A DNA stretch of 64,000 bases from Candidatus Fermentibacterota bacterium (GCA_014728175.1 WJMA01000003.1:66191-130190), one strand, 5' to 3'. Counted from the stretch's first letter, positions 48,600 through 58,837 are shown. The notes: a model not told the origin generated them from the letters alone. Program-made: numbers and translations.

Positions 48600-48685
48600 T
48601 GGTGCGAGAGGGGGGACTCGAACCCCCACGGGATACCCCACCAGATCCTAAATCTGGCGCGTCTGCCGGTTCCGCCACTCCCGCG
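48600..48685 (-). tRNA. tRNA-Leu (anticodon TAG), long variable arm
   Basis: hand-folded: acceptor GCGGGAG/CUCUCGC, anticodon stem CCAGA/UCUGG with loop UU-UAG-GA, T-arm GGGGG-TTCGAGT-CCCCC, CCA encoded. Confidence 0.75.
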
Positions 48686-48745
48686 ATTGCGTACGATCCA
48701 AGTCAAATAAATAGCCGTTGGGGCGGTCGTGGTCAAAGAGTGCGG

Positions 48746-49390
48746 TCATTGGGTGCTTTCCCTGCGCAGGGCCGCCTCGTCGCTTTCCGGATAGCGCTCC
48801 AGAAGCAGCTCCCACAACCTCTCGGCATCCCTTAGCGCCGAATGGTCAGCGTAGATGCGCGCCGCACGGGCGACCGCAGCGGGAGCCTTCTCCGAGCCAG
48901 GATAGAGGTGGTAGAGCGTAACCAGGTTCTCTATCGCCCTGTGGTGCTGCCCATCGGCCTCGTGGCTGAGAGCCATGAAGTACATGGCGTCGTCGGCGAG
49001 GGAGCTTTCCGGGTAGAGGGTCAGGAGCTCCTCGAAACCGGCGGAAGCCGTCCCGTAGTTGCCTTGCTGAAACTGCAGGTAAGCCTCCTCGTAGATAACC
49101 CGGGCATCGGGACCGGCTACGGAGTCCTGCGAGACCCTCGCCGTTCCCGTCTGAAGTCGGCGGAGGGTTATCTCCAGCTCCGAGGCCAGCGTGGAAAGCC
49201 GTTCCACCAGCTCTGCGGCCTGGGAACCGGTTTGGGCGTGCAGCCCTCTCAGCAGACTTTCGTTCTCCCGTACCGCCCCGGAGATGGAGTAGAGAGTGTC
49301 CTTCATCTCCAGCTGCCTTCCCTCCATCTTCTCTATCCGGCCCGGAGCGTTGGCCCACTTGCTTCCCCAGCACCCGGCCGCCACCAACAT
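48746..49390 (-). CDS. cpoB: Tol-Pal system protein CpoB/YbgF (coiled-coil + TPR)
   Basis: position after pal; lipobox VAAGC start at 49390; TPR-like C-terminus. Confidence 0.6.
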   Translation of the reverse strand: MLVAAGCWGSKWANAPGRIEKMEGRQLEMKDTLYSISGAVRENESLLRGLHAQTGSQAAELVERLSTLASELEITLRRLQTGTARVSQDSVAGPDARVIYEEAYLQFQQGNYGTASAGFEELLTLYPESSLADDAMYFMALSHEADGQHHRAIENLVTLYHLYPGSEKAPAAVARAARIYADHSALRDAERLWELLLERYPESDEAALRRESTQ

Positions 49391-49430
49391 GAAGAGGCAG
49401 AGGAATATCGGGTGGGCTACGGCCCTTCTG

Positions 49431-49982
49431 CTATCTACTGGGCAGGACCCGTAAATGGACCCGTCTGTTCTTCGCCCACGATTGCTCGTCATGACCAAGC
49501 GCAAAAGGTCTCTCCTTTCCGTAACTCACGGTTTGAAGCCTAGAGGCGTCCACGCCGTACTCGATCAGATAATCGTAGACAGCCATGGCCCGTCTCTCCC
49601 CCAGCGCCAGGTTGTAATCAATGGTTCCCCGCTGGTCGCAATGACCCTCCAGAAGAACCCGGAATTCCTTGTGGTCCAGGATGTAGGAGGCGTCGTGCAT
49701 CAGAGTGTCCAGAGCCTGCTCGGTCAGCTCGCTCCGATCGAACTCGAAGAATACGTCTTTAAGCCGCTGCTGGTGCACGGCCAGAGTGTCCACGGAGGTT
49801 ATTACGGTGTCCGGGCCCCAGATACCGGTCTCTATGCTGTCCTCCACCAGGGTGTCCGTCTCGAAGACGGCGGTGGTATCAGGTCCCTCCGTAGTATCGT
49901 CCGGTCTGCATCCGGTCGCCGCCGTCATAACGATGGGCACCGCCAGCATCACCGACAGAATCAGTCTGCGCATCACCCTCAC
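49431..49982 (-). CDS. pal: peptidoglycan-associated lipoprotein (OmpA-like)
   Basis: lipobox TAATGC; OmpA C-terminal domain (NLALGERRA, SYGKERP). Confidence 0.8.
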   Translation of the reverse strand: MRVMRRLILSVMLAVPIVMTAATGCRPDDTTEGPDTTAVFETDTLVEDSIETGIWGPDTVITSVDTLAVHQQRLKDVFFEFDRSELTEQALDTLMHDASYILDHKEFRVLLEGHCDQRGTIDYNLALGERRAMAVYDYLIEYGVDASRLQTVSYGKERPFALGHDEQSWAKNRRVHLRVLPSR

Positions 49983-49995
49983 TCACCTTCCCTGA

Positions 49996-51228
49996 TCAGC
50001 CACCCTCGGCAGGATGCCGGGCCACGGGCGACCATGTGGGGAAATAGCATTCCCCGGACTGGCTCAACTTATGAACCTTCAAACTGTTAAGCTCCAGGAT
50101 GTATATTGCCCTGGATCCGTCCCTATCGCTACTGAAGGCTATGTGTCTGCCCGTGGGCGACCACACGGGGTTCTCGTTCAACGTTCCCTCGGAGGTCACC
50201 TGGCGCACATCGCCGCCGTCGGCGTCACTTACGAATATATGGAAGTCGCCGCCGCATCTGGCCACGTAGGCTATCCTGTCCCCCAACGGTGACCAGGCCG
50301 GGCTGTCCATGTAGCGGTGAACGCCGGTAAGCCTGGTGGCGCTTCCGCCGCAACTGTCCATCACGTACAGCTGGGGAAACCCCAGCCTGTCGCTGGTGAA
50401 GATTATCTGACTTCCGTTCGGAGAGAAGTCGGGAGCGGTCTCGATCGAGCTTCTCGCGGTAAGCCGAACCAGCCTTTCCGAGGCCATATCGTAAAGCGAT
50501 ATCTCCGAGTTGGCGCCTTCCGAGACGGTCAGGGCCAGTTTTTTCCCATCCGGGCTCCAGGCGGGAGAGGTGTGCAACCCCCCCCCGGACAGTATCCTCA
50601 GGGCTCTTCCCTCGGATAGGTCGTAGACGTAGAGGTCCGACGTGCCCGATCTGTACGAGGTCAGGGCTATGCGGTCGCCCGAAGGGCTCCACGAGGGGGT
50701 GGTTATGACCTCCTCGTCCCGCAGGACCATCACCTGCTCCCGGGGATCGAGGCTCTTGACCATCAGCGCGTAGCTGGAGCCACTTCTGCTTACGTAAGCC
50801 AGCCTGGTGGAGGCTATTCCCTGCTCGCCGGTGAGCAGGTATACCATGTCGTCCGATACGGCGTGGACGAGGGGGTACAGCGCCTCCCTGGACCGGGACC
50901 GGCTTACGTACTGTCTGTCCATCAGCGTTTCTCCGCCCGCTTTCAGACACGCGGACAACACGGTTCCCCTCTCTCCCCGCGTTGCGTCTACGGTTACCTC
51001 GCCGTAGAAGCTCTCCTCCTCCACCCGGAGCAACCCGGAGAAGTCTACGTCGAACTCCATCTGCTCGTAAACCGGCTCTACCAGCTCGGGGTCTCCCTTT
51101 ACAACCACCCGAACCGGCAGACACTCGCTTCCCAGGGGGGTCATGGGCAGGAACTCGGAGGTTTGAGCCAACGGCTCGGTTCCCATAACGGCTCCGACCA
51201 GCAGCCCTAACCGGACCCAGCCTCTCAT
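49996..51228 (-). CDS. tolB: Tol-Pal system beta-propeller protein TolB
   Basis: repeated WSPDG/FSPNG blades, N-terminal TolB domain. Confidence 0.8.
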   Translation of the reverse strand: MRGWVRLGLLVGAVMGTEPLAQTSEFLPMTPLGSECLPVRVVVKGDPELVEPVYEQMEFDVDFSGLLRVEEESFYGEVTVDATRGERGTVLSACLKAGGETLMDRQYVSRSRSREALYPLVHAVSDDMVYLLTGEQGIASTRLAYVSRSGSSYALMVKSLDPREQVMVLRDEEVITTPSWSPSGDRIALTSYRSGTSDLYVYDLSEGRALRILSGGGLHTSPAWSPDGKKLALTVSEGANSEISLYDMASERLVRLTARSSIETAPDFSPNGSQIIFTSDRLGFPQLYVMDSCGGSATRLTGVHRYMDSPAWSPLGDRIAYVARCGGDFHIFVSDADGGDVRQVTSEGTLNENPVWSPTGRHIAFSSDRDGSRAIYILELNSLKVHKLSQSGECYFPTWSPVARHPAEGG

Positions 51229-51884
51229 GGACCTTCTCCCTCCGCGCCCAGGAACTCTATCCTAAGTACGGCCGGGGTGGTTCTTCCCGGGGGCGGAGGG
51301 GGGATATTGGCCATGGCCAGCGCATGCTCCACCGCCCGGTCGAACGCACCGGTCCCGCTCTTTCTTATGGTGGTGACCTGGACCGAACCGTCGGGACGTA
51401 CGACTAGCTCTATCCGGTAGGATTCCGAGGGAGTTACGGAGGTCCGGAAGTGCCTTCTTACCGCATTGAACACCCTGGACTCGTAGGTACCCGGGCCGGG
51501 AGCCTGGCCCTGGACGTTCCCCTGATGGTCCACGGCGCTGAACTCGCTCGCGGTCTCAGAAGGATCCTCATGGGAGCCTTGCTCCTCGGGCGAATCCTCT
51601 TCCTGTACCGGGGGCTCCTCTTCCGCCTCGGATTCCGGCTGTACGGGGGATTCCTCCTCGGTCTCCACCTGCTCCTCGGGCTGGGTTTCCTCTACAGGGT
51701 CGGGGCGGGGCTCTTCCTGCCCATCGGACACGGCGGTCGCGGGTTGCTGCAGAGTTACCATCTCCACCGCTATCGCGTTTCCGGTCATTGGAGTCGGCGT
51801 CCACTCCTCACCGGACAGCACAAACCCAACCCCCACCACCAGTACATGAAGGGCTACCGAGACCAGAAGGTATCTGGGATTCAT
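51225..51884 (-). CDS. tolA: TolA/TonB-like energy-transducer (TM anchor, Glu/Pro-rich linker, TonB-C-like domain)
   Basis: domain pattern and position between tolR and tolB. Confidence 0.55.
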   Translation of the reverse strand: MNPRYLLVSVALHVLVVGVGFVLSGEEWTPTPMTGNAIAVEMVTLQQPATAVSDGQEEPRPDPVEETQPEEQVETEEESPVQPESEAEEEPPVQEEDSPEEQGSHEDPSETASEFSAVDHQGNVQGQAPGPGTYESRVFNAVRRHFRTSVTPSESYRIELVVRPDGSVQVTTIRKSGTGAFDRAVEHALAMANIPPPPPGRTTPAVLRIEFLGAEGEGP

Positions 51885-52315
51885 CGCTCCTCGGCCTCCC
51901 GCGACTCCTGGAGCAGGCCGACCGTGGGATATCCCCCTCTGCGCAGCTCGGTCAGTACTCCGGTTACCACCTCGTAGCGAACGTTCCGGTCCGCCCGGAC
52001 GTAGGCCTCCATCCGCCCGGAGCCCAGGGCGGTCGCGGCCAGCCCGGACAGGTCATCCATCCGCACGGTCTCTCCTCCCACCGTAACCGAGCCGTCATCG
52101 GCCACCTCCACAACCAGGGACGTCCCGGGGTCCAGATTGGTTATTATCCTGCCCTGGTCGCTTTCCGGGGGAGAGACGTCCGCGCTGCGGTGGATCACCG
52201 GGGCGGTAAGCATGAATATCACCAGGAGAACCAGGGTCACGTCTACCAGGTTGGTCACGTTTATGGTCGCGAACCGGGAGTACCTGGGCTTTATCAAAGC
52301 CTTCCCCTTCGGCAC
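51881..52315 (-). CDS. tolR: TolR/ExbD biopolymer transport protein
   Basis: single TM + ExbD periplasmic domain pattern. Confidence 0.8.
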   Translation of the reverse strand: MPKGKALIKPRYSRFATINVTNLVDVTLVLLVIFMLTAPVIHRSADVSPPESDQGRIITNLDPGTSLVVEVADDGSVTVGGETVRMDDLSGLAATALGSGRMEAYVRADRNVRYEVVTGVLTELRRGGYPTVGLLQESREAEER

Positions 52316-52959
52316 ACGTCCACCAGCTCGGATAGGAACCTGTCTATCTCCCCGGCCAGCGAGTTGATCCTGCCCACCACGAAGTTGTGGAAGACGTTGG
52401 CCGGTATGGCGGCCAGAAGGCCGGCCACGGTGGTGGTCAAGGCGGCGGCCACGCCTGCGCCCACCGCGCTGAGGTCGGCCGTGCCGGTCTCCTTCATCCC
52501 GATGAAGCTGGTCAGAACCCCCCAGACCGTTCCCAGCAGCCCCAACAGGGGCGATACGCTGGTAACGGTGGCCAGGAAGCCTATGTTCCTCTCCCTCGCG
52601 GAGAGGTCCTCACTGGCCTCACGCTCCAGGGCGCTCTGCAGCCTAGCCACCTCCTCGGAGGACAGGCTTCCGGCCTCGCCCCGGTCCTCCCGCCTGCGCA
52701 AGAACCTTCCCGCCTCAGCATACATCTTGGCCAGTGGGCCTATCTCCTGGCTCCGGTTCCAGAAATCACTTCCCGGAGGCCTTCCGGTGGTACGCAGCGT
52801 TTCCATGAACTTCTTGGACACCCCGAGGACGTTCCTGAACTCCCTCAGCTTGGCTATGGCCACGGCCCACGAACCCACGGACAGAAAGAATATGCACAGC
52901 AATATCAGCTTGGTTATCAGATCCGCCTCGCCTACCAGGGAGATAACCTTACCCACCAT
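52294..52959 (-). CDS. tolQ: TolQ/ExbB/MotA proton-channel protein
   Basis: 3 TM with conserved LGLLGTVWG motif. Confidence 0.8.
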   Translation of the reverse strand: MVGKVISLVGEADLITKLILLCIFFLSVGSWAVAIAKLREFRNVLGVSKKFMETLRTTGRPPGSDFWNRSQEIGPLAKMYAEAGRFLRRREDRGEAGSLSSEEVARLQSALEREASEDLSARERNIGFLATVTSVSPLLGLLGTVWGVLTSFIGMKETGTADLSAVGAGVAAALTTTVAGLLAAIPANVFHNFVVGRINSLAGEIDRFLSELVDVCRRGRL

Positions 52960-53371
52960 CAGCTTCTCCCCCTTCGCGGGCCACGGCCTCGATCTCCACC
53001 AGCGCTCCCTTGGGTAGACCGGGCACCTCCACCGCTGCCCTGGCCGGATAGGGCGGTTGGAAGAATCTGGCGTATACCTCGTTCACCTTACCGAAATCGC
53101 TCATGTCCTTGAGATAAACCGTCGACTTGACCACGTCGGTCATGGACAGACCGGCCGCCGACAGGACCGCCCTAAGGTTGGAAAGGGCCCTCTCGGCCTG
53201 TTCTCCCAGTCCTTCCACCAGCTCCCCAGAGACGGGGTCCAGCCCAATCTGGCCGGATATGAACAGAAAGCCCCCGGACTCGACAGCCTGGCTGTAGGCT
53301 CCCACGGGCTCGGGGGCGTCATCAGACCTGACCTCAGTCAAACCGACTCCTCTTCTCCCCTGCGAGAACAA
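52949..53371 (-). CDS. ridA: RidA/YjgF family reactive-intermediate deaminase
   Basis: APEPVGAYSQAV...FISGQIG and C-terminal ARAAVEV...EIEAVA signature. Confidence 0.75.
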   Translation of the reverse strand: MFSQGRRGVGLTEVRSDDAPEPVGAYSQAVESGGFLFISGQIGLDPVSGELVEGLGEQAERALSNLRAVLSAAGLSMTDVVKSTVYLKDMSDFGKVNEVYARFFQPPYPARAAVEVPGLPKGALVEIEAVAREGGEADGG

Positions 53372-53525
53372 TGACGCCTCAGTGAATATACATACTCAAG
53401 CCCCCTTCTGTTCCAAACGGAACGTTTTTCAGATAGCTCGGGACTACGGGCCCTTCTCTCCGGAGAGCGAAGGTTTCATATTCTCTGGTAAGCTTATGCT
53501 GTAGCACCACGCCGGGGGGAGAGTC

Positions 53526-54491
53526 ATGTCCGATCTGTCGACCACGTACCTGGGACTGGAGCTGCGCAATCCCATCGTCGTCGGGAGCTCGGGGCTCTCG
53601 AACTCTCCGAAGAAGGTGGAAGCCTGTGCTCGCGCCGGCGCGGGTGCGGTGGTTCTCAAGTCTATCTTCGAAGAGGAGATCAACGAAGAGTTACAGAAGA
53701 TAGCCCGAGCCAACGCCTGGTACCCAGAGGCCGCCGATTACGTTCGGTCCTACGGACGGCAGAATGCCGTATCACATTATCTGGACCTAATATATAAGTC
53801 AAAGGACTTGGTCGAGATTCCGGTGATAGCCAGCATCCACTGCGTATCACCGGGTGCCTGGACCGAGTTTGCCAGCCGCGCCGACAAAGCCGGAGCCGAC
53901 GCCATAGAGCTCAACGTCTTTATGTTGCCTACGGATACGGATCTCGGTCCATCCGACTACGACAAGATCCACATAGACATCCTTCAGGACGTGAAGTCCA
54001 AGGTCGATGTTCCGGTCTGCATGAAGATCGGAACCCACTTCTCCTCGTTGGCCCGAATGGCGATGATCCTCAGTCACTACGGCGCCGACGGGTTGGTTCT
54101 GTTCAATCGCTTCTTGAGGATGGACATAGACATCGACGACCTCAGCCTCGTTCCGGGAAATCCGTTCAGCGTTCCGGCCGAAACCCTGGTTCCGCTCCGG
54201 TGGGTCTCGCTGCTCTCGAAGAGCATAAACTGTGACATAGTGGGCACTACTGGAATCCATTCCTGGAAAGAGGTCGTAAAACACCTGCTGGCAGGCGCCT
54301 CCGCGGTGCAGATATGCAGCTGTCTCTACCAAAACGGCGTGGAGCACATCGGAAAGCTGCTATCCGGCGTCGAGAATTGGATGGACGACAAGGGATTCGG
54401 CAGCATCGACCAGTTCCGCGGAAAGCTGGCTCGAAAGGCGGAGAGAAAGGCTACGGCCTGGGAGCGCGTCCAGTACATGAAGGAAGAGTAG
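53526..54491 (+). CDS. dihydroorotate dehydrogenase-like flavoprotein (class 1 DHOD/DHPD family)
   Basis: TIM-barrel FMN motifs (LRNPIVVGSSGL, VVLKSI, NVFMLP, CMKIG) in 321 aa. Confidence 0.65.
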   Translation: MSDLSTTYLGLELRNPIVVGSSGLSNSPKKVEACARAGAGAVVLKSIFEEEINEELQKIARANAWYPEAADYVRSYGRQNAVSHYLDLIYKSKDLVEIPVIASIHCVSPGAWTEFASRADKAGADAIELNVFMLPTDTDLGPSDYDKIHIDILQDVKSKVDVPVCMKIGTHFSSLARMAMILSHYGADGLVLFNRFLRMDIDIDDLSLVPGNPFSVPAETLVPLRWVSLLSKSINCDIVGTTGIHSWKEVVKHLLAGASAVQICSCLYQNGVEHIGKLLSGVENWMDDKGFGSIDQFRGKLARKAERKATAWERVQYMKEE

Positions 54492-54505
54492 AGACCGGTT
54501 GGCGG

Positions 54506-55474
54506 TTATAGGCGTCCCGGATTTGCCAAGCTTACCAGCAGGGGGTCGAGGCTCTTTTTGCGGGTCCAGGAATCGGCCAGGGGATGGCGGGTGACCTCAT
54601 GGTCCTCCTCACCGACCATGCACGGTGCGGCGCCATCTATAAGGGCTTCCACGGCCGCCCAGCCCAGTTTGGTCGCCAGCACCCGGTCGGCGGAGGTGGG
54701 AGCGCCCCCTCGTTGCACGTGCCCCAGTACGGTGACGTGGCTCTCCAGCCCCGATAGTGCCTCCAACTTGGTCGCTATCTGGTAGGCGTTTCCTTCCTCG
54801 TCGCCCTCGGCGACCACCACCAGACTTGAGGTTCTGCCCTTCTCCCGACGGCCCTCTATAAGACCCGAGAGAGCCTCCAGGTCTGTTCTGGTCTCGGGTA
54901 TCAGTATCTCCTCCGCCCCGGAGCCTACGCCCACTTCCAGGGCAATAAATCCTGCGTCCCGACCCATCACCTCCACCAGGAACAATCTGTCATGGGCCGC
55001 CGCGGTGTCCTTGATCTTGTCTATCGCGGAAAGGGCCGTGTTCACCGCCGTATCGTACCCTATGGTGTAATCACTGCCCCAGATATCGTTGTCTATGGTG
55101 GCCGGCACCCCAACCACCTGAACTCCGTGCTCCTGATGAAGGCAGTTCGCACCCCTGAAGCTGCCGTCGCCGCCCACCACCAGCAGACCTTCTATTCCTT
55201 TGTCGGCAAGCGTCCGGGCAGCCTGCTCTCTCGGTGCGGGGTCGAAGAACCGGGGACTCCTGGCGGAATGAAGAATGGTTCCTCCCCTCTGGATGATGTT
55301 GGAGACCCCCGCGCTGGACAGCAGTTCCAGGCAGCCGTCGATAAGCCCGTCGAAACCCCTGTAGACACCGAATACAGAAAGGCCGCGGTCTATTCCCGTT
55401 CGGACCGCGGCCCTGATCGCTGCGTTCATCCCCGGGGAATCGCCGCCGCTGGTCAGTACGGCAATTCGCTCCAT
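54506..55474 (-). CDS. pfkA: ATP-dependent 6-phosphofructokinase
   Basis: IAVLTSGGDSPGMNAAIRAAV, GGDGS, MGR motifs. Confidence 0.85.
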   Translation of the reverse strand: MERIAVLTSGGDSPGMNAAIRAAVRTGIDRGLSVFGVYRGFDGLIDGCLELLSSAGVSNIIQRGGTILHSARSPRFFDPAPREQAARTLADKGIEGLLVVGGDGSFRGANCLHQEHGVQVVGVPATIDNDIWGSDYTIGYDTAVNTALSAIDKIKDTAAAHDRLFLVEVMGRDAGFIALEVGVGSGAEEILIPETRTDLEALSGLIEGRREKGRTSSLVVVAEGDEEGNAYQIATKLEALSGLESHVTVLGHVQRGGAPTSADRVLATKLGWAAVEALIDGAAPCMVGEEDHEVTRHPLADSWTRKKSLDPLLVSLANPGRL

Positions 55475-55480
55475 CCGAAC

Positions 55481-55867
55481 CTACTCCTCTTTCTCGGATC
55501 CTACCTTCACCGGGCTGTCGACCAACTCCAGGATGCATTCCTCGGCCGTATCTCCCAACCTTTTACCCAGCTTGAGGATCCTGGTGTAACCTCCCGGTCT
55601 TTCCCTGTAACGGGGGCCGAGCTCGTTGAAAACCTTCTTCACGGCCTCGCTTCCGTACACCTGCTTGGCGACCAGCCTTCTGGCGTGAACGGTGTCCTTC
55701 TTGCCCCGGGTTATCACCCGCTCTGCGACGCTGCGGGCCGCCTTGGCCTTGGCCAGGCTGGTGGTGATCCTCTCCTCCATAATGAGGAAGGTAACCATGT
55801 TGCGCAGCATTCTTTGCCGCTCGGCCTTGTTGCGGCTCAGTTTTGCTGTGGTTTTCCTGTGACGCAT
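55481..55867 (-). CDS. rplQ: 50S ribosomal protein L17
   Basis: sequence family recognition. Confidence 0.9.
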   Translation of the reverse strand: MRHRKTTAKLSRNKAERQRMLRNMVTFLIMEERITTSLAKAKAARSVAERVITRGKKDTVHARRLVAKQVYGSEAVKKVFNELGPRYRERPGGYTRILKLGKRLGDTAEECILELVDSPVKVGSEKEE

Positions 55868-55879
55868 GTTCGCCCCCGG

Positions 55880-56842
55880 CTAATCCTCGTCCTCTTCGGG
55901 CAGGGAAAGGTCTCTATCCTCAAGCATCTCGACCACCTTGCGCAGGGATGCCTGGCCGAAGTTCCTGAGTGATAGCAGATCCCTTTCCGTCTTGTCGAGG
56001 AGGTCGGAAATCGACTTGATCCCTCCCGCAGTCAGGCAGTTCACAAGCCGTGGTGACAGCTCGGTCTCCTTGAGGGGCACGTCGGTGAATTCTTTCTTCC
56101 CCTCGGGCTCGGCGCCCTCCTCCGCCTCCAGGTCCAGCCTGGTCCTGCCCGTTATTATCAGCTCCATGTGCTTGACCAGGATCTCGCAGGCCTTCTTCAC
56201 GGCCTCCTTGGGGCTTATGCTGGCATCGGTGGCGACCTCTATGCTCAGCTTGTCGTAGTCGGTTTTGTCTCCCACCCTGGCGCTGTCCACGTGGTAGTTG
56301 ACCTTCCGAACCGGACAGAACCAGGAATCGAGCAGGATGGTCCCTATCTCGGTGGAAGGCCTGAGATCCCACCATTCGTCCGCGGTAACGTATCCCTTGC
56401 CCTTCTGTACCTCGATCTCCAGCGTCAGCTCACCGTCTTCGGCCACCTCGGCTATTACCATCTCTTGGCCGGAAACCGTTATCGGATCGTCCGTCTTCAG
56501 GTCTATGCCCTTAAGCGTCGAGGGGCCCTTGACGCTGGCCTTGAGAAGGCCCGTCTCGTCGCCGTCGTAGTGGATGCTCAACCCCTTGATGCTAAGGATG
56601 ATCTCCGGCACGTCCTGGACCACTCCGGGAATGGTGGTGAACTCGTGCTTTACCCCCTCTATCCTCACCGCAACCGGAGCGGCTCCCTCGATGGAGGAGA
56701 GCAGCACCCTTCTAAGGGCGTTACCCAGGGTGGGACCGAATCCTCTTTCCAGGGGAGTTACGATCAGTTTCCCGTAGGATTCCGTGTAGGTTTCCTCGTC
56801 CCATTCCACGATGTCCGGCAGATAGAGCCTCATGAATTCCAT
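55880..56842 (-). CDS. rpoA: DNA-directed RNA polymerase alpha subunit
   Basis: LERGFGPTLGNALRRVLLSS; start MEF at 56842 (ORF extension overlaps rpsK). Confidence 0.9.
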   Translation of the reverse strand: MEFMRLYLPDIVEWDEETYTESYGKLIVTPLERGFGPTLGNALRRVLLSSIEGAAPVAVRIEGVKHEFTTIPGVVQDVPEIILSIKGLSIHYDGDETGLLKASVKGPSTLKGIDLKTDDPITVSGQEMVIAEVAEDGELTLEIEVQKGKGYVTADEWWDLRPSTEIGTILLDSWFCPVRKVNYHVDSARVGDKTDYDKLSIEVATDASISPKEAVKKACEILVKHMELIITGRTRLDLEAEEGAEPEGKKEFTDVPLKETELSPRLVNCLTAGGIKSISDLLDKTERDLLSLRNFGQASLRKVVEMLEDRDLSLPEEDED

Positions 56843-56904
56843 CCAGTCCCCCTGACAGGCTTCTACTTGAGCTTGAGAGGTTCTAAACGACGCGCAAGGA
56901 AGTT

Positions 56905-57309
56905 CTACATCCGTCGCCGTTTCGGCGGACGGCAACCGTTATGTGGAACCTTGGTGATGTCCTTTATACCGGTAATCTCCAGATCGGTGGATTGCAGCGC
57001 CCTGACGGCGGCCTCTCTCCCGGAGCCCGGGCCTCGGACCCAGATCTCCACCTTCCTTATCCCCGTCTCCATGGCCTTCTCGGCGGCCTGAACCGCAGCC
57101 TGGCTGGAAGCGAAGGCGGTGCCCTTCCTCGTTCCCCTGACTCCGGTGGTTCCTCCGCTGGCCCAGGTTATCACTTCGCCGTTTTCCGTGGTCATGGTGA
57201 TGGTGGTGTTGTTAAAGGAAGATTTCACGTGCGCGATGCCGGCCGAAGAGGTTACCTTGGCCTTCTTCTTCCTCTTTTTGGTAGTTCCACGACCCTTGCC
57301 CTTTGGCAA
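56905..57309 (-). CDS. rpsK: 30S ribosomal protein S11
   Basis: family recognition. Confidence 0.9.
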   Translation of the reverse strand: MPKGKGRGTTKKRKKKAKVTSSAGIAHVKSSFNNTTITMTTENGEVITWASGGTTGVRGTRKGTAFASSQAAVQAAEKAMETGIRKVEIWVRGPGSGREAAVRALQSTDLEITGIKDITKVPHNGCRPPKRRRM

Positions 57310-57332
57310 AAGCTGCCCTCCAATCCGACTAG

Positions 57333-57698
57333 CTATCTCTTTTTGGTATGCCCCTTCTTGGGACCCTTCCTGGTCCTGGCGTTGGTATGCGTTCGCTGTC
57401 CGTGGACCGGCAATCCGCGCCTATGCCTAAGACCTCTATAGCACCCTATATCCATAAGCCTCTTACGGTTCATGCTGATCTCGGCGCGCAGGGCTCCCTC
57501 GACCGTCAGGCTCTCATCTATGGCCCTTCTAAGAGCGGCGATCTCGCTCTCGGTGAGATCGTCCGTACTCTTGTCGAACGGTATTCCGGTCTTCTCGAGT
57601 ATCTTCCTCGACGTGGTCAGGCCTATCCCGTAAATGTAGGGAAGCGCGTACAGTATATGCTTGTTGCGCGGAAGATCCACACCTGCGACTCTAGCCAA
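57333..57698 (-). CDS. rpsM: 30S ribosomal protein S13
   Basis: family recognition ([10 protein letters not shown]...). Confidence 0.9.
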   Translation of the reverse strand: MARVAGVDLPRNKHILYALPYIYGIGLTTSRKILEKTGIPFDKSTDDLTESEIAALRRAIDESLTVEGALRAEISMNRKRLMDIGCYRGLRHRRGLPVHGQRTHTNARTRKGPKKGHTKKR

Positions 57699-57747
57699 GT
57701 ACTACCTCCAAATGCGACAGGCCTGCGTTTGGGCCGCCCGGCCCCGA

Positions 57748-57864
57748 TCAGCCCTGCCTCTGCTTGTGCCTGGGATCGCGAGAGCAGATGACGTACACGG
57801 TTCCCCGCCGCCGAACTATGCGGCAATGCTCACAGATCTTCTTCACGGAGCTTCGAACCTTCAT
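57748..57864 (-). CDS. rpmJ: 50S ribosomal protein L36 (zinc-ribbon form)
   Basis: hand-translated below ORF-track size cut-off: [38 protein letters not shown]. Confidence 0.85.
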   Translation of the reverse strand: MKVRSSVKKICEHCRIVRRRGTVYVICSRDPRHKQRQG

Positions 57865-57877
57865 CTGCGTCGGCTCC

Positions 57878-58102
57878 CTACTTGTATCTGTAGATTATCC
57901 GCCCCCGGGTGAGGTCGTAGGGCGACAGCTCCACCGTCACCCTGTCACCGACCAGTATACGAATGTAGTTCATCCGCATCTTCCCGGAGATGTGGCAGAG
58001 GGCCATCGAGCCTTCCGGCTTGTCGAGTCTTACCCTACACATGCTGTTGGGCAAGGTTTCCTCGACCGTTCCGTCGACTACTACGCCCTGCTCCTTAGCC
58101 AA
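57878..58102 (-). CDS. infA: translation initiation factor IF-1
   Basis: family recognition. Confidence 0.9.
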   Translation of the reverse strand: MAKEQGVVVDGTVEETLPNSMCRVRLDKPEGSMALCHISGKMRMNYIRILVGDRVTVELSPYDLTRGRIIYRYK

Positions 58103-58198
58103 TCCCTACCTTCCCTTTGCTCGTTGCGTTACGGAGCGCCTAGTATTAGCAAATGTTCCCATTTAGTCAACATCAACAGGTTACCCCACCCTAAAGCT

Positions 58199-58837
58199 TC
58201 AGCAATCGGCAGGCAGCTTCTGCACAACCCCATTCACGCGTTCGGCAACCGCATCCACGGATCCGACACCGTCCACCCGATGGAGCCGGCCATCGTAATA
58301 CTCGACAACCGGATCGGTCCTTTCGTGGTACTCCCGTAGCCTATTGCGGACCGCCTCGGGCCTGTCGTCCTTCCTTCGGACCAGCTCCTGGTCGCAGACC
58401 GGGCAGGAATCGCCGACCTCGCCCTCCGACCTGGTCGCCACGAATCCACAGGACGGGCAAACCACTCTGCTGGAGATCCTCCTGACCACCTCTTCGTCCG
58501 GTACCGCCAGCAGCAATACGCCCGAAAGCTCCCGGTCCCTTACCTTCAGGAACTCGTCCAGGGATATCGCCTGGGTCACGGTTCTGGGGTAGCCGTCGAG
58601 GAGGAACCTGTCGATCCCCTCGATCCTGGCGAAGACCTCTGCGTTAACCAGCTCGTCCTTGACCAGGGCCCCCGACTCCAGCGCCTCGGTGATCGCCCGG
58701 CCCAGATCGCTTTTTCTTCTGGACTCGGAACGGAAGATGTCTCCGGTGGACAGGTGCATCAGGTCCATGGTGCTGCTCATCCTGTCGGCCTGAGTGCCCT
58801 TTCCCGATCCAGGGGGCCCCAGAAGAACCAGCTTCAT
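58199..58837 (-). CDS. adk: adenylate kinase (zinc-lid form, CPSC...CPVC)
   Basis: LLGPPGSGKGTQ P-loop, Cys4 lid. Confidence 0.9.
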   Translation of the reverse strand: MKLVLLGPPGSGKGTQADRMSSTMDLMHLSTGDIFRSESRRKSDLGRAITEALESGALVKDELVNAEVFARIEGIDRFLLDGYPRTVTQAISLDEFLKVRDRELSGVLLLAVPDEEVVRRISSRVVCPSCGFVATRSEGEVGDSCPVCDQELVRRKDDRPEAVRNRLREYHERTDPVVEYYDGRLHRVDGVGSVDAVAERVNGVVQKLPADC

